A stretch of DNA of 32,000 nucleotides from Pseudomonas aeruginosa. Its GTDB lineage: Bacteria > Pseudomonadota > Gammaproteobacteria > Pseudomonadales > Pseudomonadaceae. The notes beneath the pieces are model-generated. The model was not told the origin of the DNA. It made no database searches and saw nothing but the letters and a program-made list of their open reading frames with translations. A program made the translations under genes and the position numbers. The stretch is taken from NCBI RefSeq assembly GCF_001457615.1, contig NZ_LN831024.1:510001-542000 (forward strand), read 5' to 3'. Positions 26,739-32,000 of this stretch are shown piece by piece; within the stretch, counting starts at the first letter, position 1, and each line of letters begins with the position of its first letter.

Positions 26739-26940
26739 GGAGAATCCTTGAAACGTCAGGCAGGTAAGAATGGCCGTGCACGGTATGCACGCGCGGATGA
26801 CCTGTGAATTCTAGTAGGGGGGTGGCGAGCTTGTCTGCGCACAGTTCCCGCGGAAAAGCACCGGCACACTTGCCGTTCCCTCGCCTGCCCCGCGGCGGGA
26901 CGGATAGCGCCGCGCGCCATTCGCCCCGTCCGCAGGAGGC

Positions 26941-27915
26941 TCAGAACAGCCGCAGCGGTTCCTCGTCCAGCGCCGCCAGTTGTTCGCGCAGCACCAGCAC
27001 CTGCTCGCCCCAGTAACGTTCGCTGCCGAACCAGGGGAAGCTCGGCGGGAACGCCGGGTCGTCCCAGCGCCGCGCGAGCCAGGCGCTGTAGTGCATCAGG
27101 CGGAGGCTGCGCAGGCCTTCGAGCAGCGGTAGCTGGCGCGGCTCGAAGTCGTGGAACTCGTTGTAGCCGTCGACCAGTTCGGCAATCTGCGCCAGGCGTT
27201 CGTGGCGCTCGCCGGCGAGCATCATCCACAGGTCCTGGAGGGCCGGGCCCATGCGGCAGTCGTCGAGATCGACCATGTGGTAGACCTCGTCGCGGCACAG
27301 CAGGTTGCCCGGATGGCAGTCGCCGTGCAGGCGGATCGGCTGGTAGGGCACCTCGGCGAACAGGGCGTCGAGGCGTTTCAGCAGGTCGCGGGCGACCGAC
27401 TCGTAGGCCGGCAGCAGGCTCCTGGGGATGAAATTGCCTTCCAGCAGGGTGGCCAGCGAGGCGTGGCCGAAGTTATCCACAGCGAGCGCCTCGCGGTGCT
27501 CGAACGGCCGCGTGGCGCCGACCGCGTGCAGGCGGCCGAGCAACTGGCCGAGGCGGTAGAGCTGGTCGAGATTGCCCGGCTCGGGCGCGCGCCCGCCGCG
27601 CCGGGGGAACAGGGCGAAGCGGAAGCCGGAGAATGCGAACAGGCTTTCGCCGTCGCGCGACAGCGGCGCCACCACCGGCACCTCGCATTCCGCCAGCTCG
27701 GCGGAGAAGGCGTGCTCCTCGCGGATCGCCGCGTCGCTCCAGCGGTCCGGTCGGTAGAACTTGGCGATCAGCGGCTCGCCGTCCTCGATGCCGACCTGGT
27801 ACACGCGGTTTTCGTAGCTGTTGAGCGCCAGCACCCGTGCGTCGCTGAGATAGCCGAGGCTTTCCACGGCATCCAGGACGAGGTCGGGGGTCAGTTGGTC
27901 GAAGGGATGGGACAT
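26941..27915 (-). CDS. srkA: Stress response serine/threonine kinase (SrkA/YihE)
   Basis: SYENRVYQVGIEDGEPLIAKFYRPDRWS...IRLHGDCHPGNLLCRD...MVDLDDCRMGPALQDLWMML. Confidence 0.93.
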   Translation of the reverse strand: MSHPFDQLTPDLVLDAVESLGYLSDARVLALNSYENRVYQVGIEDGEPLIAKFYRPDRWSDAAIREEHAFSAELAECEVPVVAPLSRDGESLFAFSGFRFALFPRRGGRAPEPGNLDQLYRLGQLLGRLHAVGATRPFEHREALAVDNFGHASLATLLEGNFIPRSLLPAYESVARDLLKRLDALFAEVPYQPIRLHGDCHPGNLLCRDEVYHMVDLDDCRMGPALQDLWMMLAGERHERLAQIAELVDGYNEFHDFEPRQLPLLEGLRSLRLMHYSAWLARRWDDPAFPPSFPWFGSERYWGEQVLVLREQLAALDEEPLRLF

Positions 27916-27976
27916 GACGGGGCATCCAAGGCTCGAAAGACCCCTAGTGTACGCAAGCCGGCGCGGGCCGGCAGGT

Positions 27977-28735
27977 TCACAGCGGCGTGCCGAGCAGGAC
28001 CTGGGCCGGATCGAAGGAGGCGATCACCTTCTGACCCTTCTTCAGCCCCAGGCTGGCCAGGCGTTCGCCGGACAACAGCGCGCAGAGGGTAAGACCGCTG
28101 CCCAGGGCGATGCGCACCTCGCTGGGACCGGCCTTGGCCGCGAGGATTTCCTCCAGGGTGCCGTGCAACTGGTTCGGCTGGTCCTCGCGCGGTTCCAGCC
28201 CGACGTCCAGCCAGCCGGCCTTGATCAGCGCCAGTACCGGGCGGCCGCGACCGAGTTCGAGTTGCTCGGTGCTGGCGCGGGTGATCAGCGCCTCGATGCG
28301 TTGCTGGCCTGGCAGCTCGATGGCGATGCGGTCGTGGAAGCCTTCGCCATGGATCGACAGGACCCGCCCGTGCAATTGGTTGCGTGCGCTGGTGCGGAGC
28401 ATCAGGCGGCCGATCAGGTTGAGGTCCTCGGCGTCTTCCGCGGCCTGCAACACCTGCGCTTGCAAGGCTTCCAGGCGCCGGTAGAGAGCCAGCAGGCGTT
28501 CGCCCTCGGCGGTCAGCCGGGCGCCGCCGCCGCCCTTGCCGCCGACGCTACGCTCGACCAGCGGACGCTCGGCCAGGTTGTTCAGTTCGTCGATGGCGTC
28601 CCAGGCGCCCTTGTAGCTGATGCCCACGGCCTTCGCCGCACGGGTGATGGAGCCCAGTTCGGCGATCTGCGCGAGCAGGGCGATGCGTTGCGGGCGACGG
28701 GTGACGTGCTGGGCGAGAGTGGAGAGTGCGGACAT
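27977..28735 (-). CDS. modE: ModE-family molybdate-responsive transcriptional regulator
   Basis: RIALLAQIAELGSITRAAKAVGISYKGAWDAIDELNNLAERPLVERSVGGKGGGGARLT ModE HTH, plus two Mop/TOBE-like segments. Confidence 0.85.
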   Translation of the reverse strand: MSALSTLAQHVTRRPQRIALLAQIAELGSITRAAKAVGISYKGAWDAIDELNNLAERPLVERSVGGKGGGGARLTAEGERLLALYRRLEALQAQVLQAAEDAEDLNLIGRLMLRTSARNQLHGRVLSIHGEGFHDRIAIELPGQQRIEALITRASTEQLELGRGRPVLALIKAGWLDVGLEPREDQPNQLHGTLEEILAAKAGPSEVRIALGSGLTLCALLSGERLASLGLKKGQKVIASFDPAQVLLGTPL

Positions 28736-28802
28736 GGAAGCTTCGCTATGAGCGGACGTATACGGCGAAGGCTCCAACAGCCATGGGCAAAACGCAAGGG
28801 CG

Positions 28803-29123
28803 TCACTCGGCGGCCTGGTAGAGACCGTAGCCGGCGGCGGCGCCGGCCAGGTCCCAGGCGAGGTCCTTCCAGCTCCAGCCGCTGCCGGCGGAACGGCTGT
28901 CGTAGAGTTCCTTGCCGACGCCGAAGGCGAGCGAGAAGCTCAGGCCGAAGCGTGCCTGGCGAGCACCGTGCAGGCCGCGGTCGTGGGCCATCTGCATGCC
29001 CGCCGCGGTAAGGGCCGCGGAACTGGCGAAATGCAGGGCCTTGTCTTCGCCCAGCCAGTCGTCTTCGGCGAAGTGGCTGCAACCGCCGAGCAACAGGCAG
29101 GCCACGACCAGCAGTGCGCGCAT
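28803..29123 (-). CDS. Small lipoprotein (YfiM/DUF2279-like)
   Basis: MRALLVVACLLLGGCSHF lipobox (LLGGC); DKALHFASSAALTAAG. Confidence 0.8.
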   Translation of the reverse strand: MRALLVVACLLLGGCSHFAEDDWLGEDKALHFASSAALTAAGMQMAHDRGLHGARQARFGLSFSLAFGVGKELYDSRSAGSGWSWKDLAWDLAGAAAGYGLYQAAE

Positions 29124-29164
29124 GGATCCTCTCCCGTATCGGTTGCGCGGCAGTTTAGCCCAGC

Positions 29165-29890
29165 TCAGCCGGGCTTCGGCGTGCGCGCCAGGCAGTAGAC
29201 GTCGACCCGCGCGGCGCCCGCCCGGCGCAACAGGCGGGAAAGGCGCTCGGCGGTGGCCCCGGTGGTGAGCACGTCGTCCACCAGTGCCAGGTGCAGCCCG
29301 CGAACATCGCTGGCGGGCGCCAGGGCGAAGGCGTGGCGCAGGTTGCGCCGCCGCACCGTCGCGTCCAGCCCCTGCTGGGCCGGAGTATCCAGCACTCGCC
29401 GCAGGCTGTGCGGATCGCAGTGCAGGTCCAGCTCGCCAGCCAGTCGCTCGGCGAGCTGTTGCGCCTGGTTGAAGCCGCGACGACGTTCGCGCCGAGGCGC
29501 CAGCGGGACCGGCAGCAGGCGTGCCGGGCGCGGCAGGCCTTCGGCGTAGCGTTGCCGCAGGTGTTCCGCCAGCAACTCGCCGAGCAGCCGCCCCAGCGGC
29601 CAGGCCGCCTGGTGCTTGAAGCGGTTGATCAGGCTGTCGAGCGGAAAGGCGTAGCGCCAGGGCGCGATCGCCTGTTCATAGGCCGGCGGGCGGCGCAGGC
29701 ACTCGCCGCACACCTGGCCGTCCAGCGGCAGGGGCAGGGCGCAGCGCCGGCACTGCTGGCGCGACCAGGGCAGGTCGGCGGCACAGGCGCGGCACAGCGG
29801 GCGGGGCGGCTGGTCGCTGCGGGCGGCGCAGAGCAGGCAGGCCGGCGGCGGCAAAAGCCAGCGCGTGAGAGGACGAAGCGGGAACGACAT
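29165..29890 (-). CDS. ComF-family phosphoribosyltransferase-like protein
   Basis: CxxC zinc-finger-like N-terminus (CLLCAARSDQ...CRAC...C..C...C..C), RRRGFNQAQQLAE, LVDDVLTTGAT PRPP motif. Confidence 0.88.
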   Translation of the reverse strand: MSFPLRPLTRWLLPPPACLLCAARSDQPPRPLCRACAADLPWSRQQCRRCALPLPLDGQVCGECLRRPPAYEQAIAPWRYAFPLDSLINRFKHQAAWPLGRLLGELLAEHLRQRYAEGLPRPARLLPVPLAPRRERRRGFNQAQQLAERLAGELDLHCDPHSLRRVLDTPAQQGLDATVRRRNLRHAFALAPASDVRGLHLALVDDVLTTGATAERLSRLLRRAGAARVDVYCLARTPKPG

Positions 29891-30028
29891 GGCGGGACTT
29901 CCTGGCGGATGTCGCACCATGCAACCGCAGGCGCGCGCCGCCGACCAGCCGTTGCCAGCGGGTTCGGAACTCGCCTGTGGATAACCGAAACCTTCCTTCG
30001 CTCCTTGCGGAAACGGCCGACGCGTGGA

Positions 30029-30322
30029 TCAGTGGATGAGCCAGCTCATGACGATCAGGCCGAGCACCGTCCAGATCACCCCGCCGACTATCGAGCGGCG
30101 CATGAAGGCGCGTATACCGCTGTAGAGCAGCAACAGGCCGAGCACCAGGAAGACGAAGCTGAACAGCGATGCGTCCATGCCGATGGCCCTGGCCAGGCCG
30201 TGGAGGAAGTCGTCCATGGCGCCCCAGATGCCGCCCAGCAGGCCGGAGAGCAGGTCCACCACGAAGCGGATCGCCCTGCCCAGCATCTCGCCCAGTCCGT
30301 CGAAAAAGCCTTCTGTACCCAT
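30029..30322 (-). CDS. Small hypothetical membrane protein (97 aa)
   Basis: MGTEGFFDGLGEMLGRAIRFVVDLLSGLLGG...; strongly hydrophobic segments. Confidence 0.75.
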   Translation of the reverse strand: MGTEGFFDGLGEMLGRAIRFVVDLLSGLLGGIWGAMDDFLHGLARAIGMDASLFSFVFLVLGLLLLYSGIRAFMRRSIVGGVIWTVLGLIVMSWLIH

Positions 30323-30375
30323 GAGTGTCCTGTCCTGAGTGTTCCCAGCGTTGGATCAGAGATTAGCCGCCGGGT

Positions 30376-31293
30376 TCAGCGCCGGCTGCTGCTTTGCTGC
30401 GGAGCGAGGAACGACTGGCGGAAGTATTCGCGGAACGCGCGCATCCCGGCGCTCGCTTCGGTGTCGCGGCGCCAGGCCAGGCCGACGCTCATCGACGGCA
30501 CCGGGTCGAGCAGCGATAGCGTCTCGATGCGTTTGCCTTCCAGCGACCAGGGCCGGTACACCAGGTCGGAGAGGATGGCCACGCCGGAGCCGTTGGCGAC
30601 CATGCTGCGCACCGCTTCCACCGAACTGGTATGGAGGATCACCTGTGGCCGGTGGCCGCTCTGTTGCCAGTAGCGCAGCGCGCTCTGCCCGGCCTCGTCG
30701 ACGGTGAGCATGATGTAGGGCTCGCCGGCCACGTCGGCAAGGCCCAGGTCGGCCTTCTCGCCCAGCGGATGGCGGCTGGGCAGCCACAACCGGCGCTCGG
30801 AGTTGAACAGGGTTTCGGCGGCGATCCCGGGCTCGGTGAGATTGCCGGTGAGCAGCACGGCGATGTCGTAGCGACCGTCGAGGAGGCCGCGCTCGATGCT
30901 GGCGCGCTCGTCCTCGAACAGTTGCAGCTCCAGTTCCGGGTACCACTGCGCCAGGCGTTGCAGGTGGTGGGGGAGGAAATAGCCCATCACGGTATAGCTG
31001 GCGGCGACCTTCAGGGTGCCTTCGACCCGGGTGTCCGGTTGCGGGCTGTTGAGCGCGTCGTCGACGCTGCGCTGGATCGAATAGGCGTGGTTGAGGAAGT
31101 GCCGGCCGCTGTCGGTCAGGTTCATGCCCTGGGCCGTGCGGGTGAACAGGGCGACGCCGAGCATGCCCTCCAGTTCCTGGATCGCGCTGGTCACCGCCGA
31201 CTGCGAGATGTTCAGGTGGATGGCGGCCTGGGATATCTGGCCGAACTCGGCGGTGGCGATGAAGTAGCGAACCTGGCGGAGGGTCAGGGCCAT
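30376..31293 (-). CDS. LysR-family transcriptional regulator
   Basis: MALTLRQVRYFIATAEFGQISQAAIHLNISQSAVTSAIQELEGMLGVALFTRTAQG. Confidence 0.9.
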   Translation of the reverse strand: MALTLRQVRYFIATAEFGQISQAAIHLNISQSAVTSAIQELEGMLGVALFTRTAQGMNLTDSGRHFLNHAYSIQRSVDDALNSPQPDTRVEGTLKVAASYTVMGYFLPHHLQRLAQWYPELELQLFEDERASIERGLLDGRYDIAVLLTGNLTEPGIAAETLFNSERRLWLPSRHPLGEKADLGLADVAGEPYIMLTVDEAGQSALRYWQQSGHRPQVILHTSSVEAVRSMVANGSGVAILSDLVYRPWSLEGKRIETLSLLDPVPSMSVGLAWRRDTEASAGMRAFREYFRQSFLAPQQSSSRR

Positions 31294-31419
31294 GGGGAGC
31301 ATCCGGAGGAGGTATCTGTTTTTCAGAAACCAGTCTATCGAATAATAAATCTACCCAATACCTTTCCCGGCTTTTACCGTGGCTCCATCCAACAACAAGA
31401 CAGATGAGGCCTGCGGGCA

Positions 31420-32000
31420 ATGACTGAAGTCGACCTCAATTCCGACATGGGCGAAGGCTTCGGCCCATGGACCATCGGCGATGGCGTGGACGCGGCGATC
31501 ATGCCGCTGATCAGCAGCGCCAACATCGCCACCGGTTTCCATGCCGGCGACCCGAGCAGCATGCGCCGCACCGTGGAGATGGCCGCCGAGCATGGCGTGG
31601 CCATCGGCGCCCATCCGGGCTTCCGCGACCTGGTCGGCTTCGGGCGTCGGCACATCGCCGCGCCGGCCATCGAGCTGGTCAACGACATGCTCTACCAGCT
31701 TGGCGCACTGCGCGAATTCGCCCGGCTGCAGGGCCTGTCGCTGCAACACGTCAAGCCCCACGGCGCGCTCTACATGCACCTGGCGCGGGACGAGGTCGCC
31801 GCGCGCCTGTTCGTCGAGACCCTGCAACGCCTGGAACCGGAACTGCTGCTCTATTGCATGCCCGGTTCGGCCACCTGGCGCATCGGCCGGGAACTGGGCC
31901 AGCCGCTGGTGCGCGAGTTCTACGCCGACCGCGACTACGACCGCAGCGGCTCCATCGTCTTCACCCGGCGGGTCGCCGCCCTCGATCCGCAGCAGGTCGC
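31420..32000 (+). CDS. pxpA: LamB/YcsF family protein, 5-oxoprolinase subunit A (partial, runs off window)
   Basis: [55 protein letters not shown]...GAHPGF; open to the window end. Confidence 0.9.
   Translation, partial: MTEVDLNSDMGEGFGPWTIGDGVDAAIMPLISSANIATGFHAGDPSSMRRTVEMAAEHGVAIGAHPGFRDLVGFGRRHIAAPAIELVNDMLYQLGALREFARLQGLSLQHVKPHGALYMHLARDEVAARLFVETLQRLEPELLLYCMPGSATWRIGRELGQPLVREFYADRDYDRSGSIVFTRRVAALDPQQV

Noticed and set aside
27475-27483. Exact DnaA-box 9-mer TTATCCACA inside srkA
   Set aside because: Isolated occurrence within a coding region; expected by chance at some frequency. Not counted as part of the 25181-25839 cluster.
28746-28770. ModE-box-like sequence CGCTATGA...GTATACGG just upstream of modE
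   Set aside because: Weak match to the CGTTATAT-N-ATATAACG type consensus; not enough to call autoregulation.
29976-29984. Exact DnaA-box 9-mer TGTGGATAA upstream of the ComF-like gene
   Set aside because: Single isolated site without neighbouring boxes; insufficient evidence of function.
1-32000. Possible novel defence, phage or mobile system in the window
   Set aside because: No integrase, transposase, tRNA-attachment site, CRISPR repeats, restriction, retron or toxin genes seen; gene content and order match conserved Pseudomonas chromosome.

Overview
GC-rich chromosomal DNA that I recognise from protein content and gene order as Pseudomonas core genome, closely matching the P. aeruginosa PA0459-PA0492 region. 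This identification is from memory; no database search was run. Left to right: 3' end of a ClpA/B-type ATPase, DUF2780 protein, acyltransferase, retropepsin-like protease, creBCD, a small membrane protein, GST, streptogramin-lyase/SMP-30-like beta-propeller protein, PP2C-like phosphatase, the fiuA/fiuR/fiuI siderophore cell-surface-signalling locus, GST, thioesterase and TetR pair, NCS1 permease, LysR, GNAT, LysR, alpha/beta hydrolase, small protein, glcB, GNAT, ACT-domain (GcvR-like) protein, rarD, srkA, modE-like, lipoprotein, ComF-like, small membrane protein, LysR, and a 5' partial pxpA/LamB-YcsF gene. I see no phage, IS element, CRISPR, toxin cassette or obvious new defence system. The observations most worth following up are: (1) a non-coding ~0.7 kb region between the ACT-domain gene and rarD with a cluster of DnaA-box-like TGTGGATAA sites, several embedded in a longer degenerate same-orientation repeat (possible DnaA-titration or regulatory locus); (2) an apparent frameshift in fiuR; (3) an apparent frameshift or small deletion in a LysR gene; (4) a 3 x 78-bp in-frame tandem repeat at the N-terminus of the NCS1 permease; (5) several strong operator-like palindromes and a four-copy palindromic intergenic repeat.
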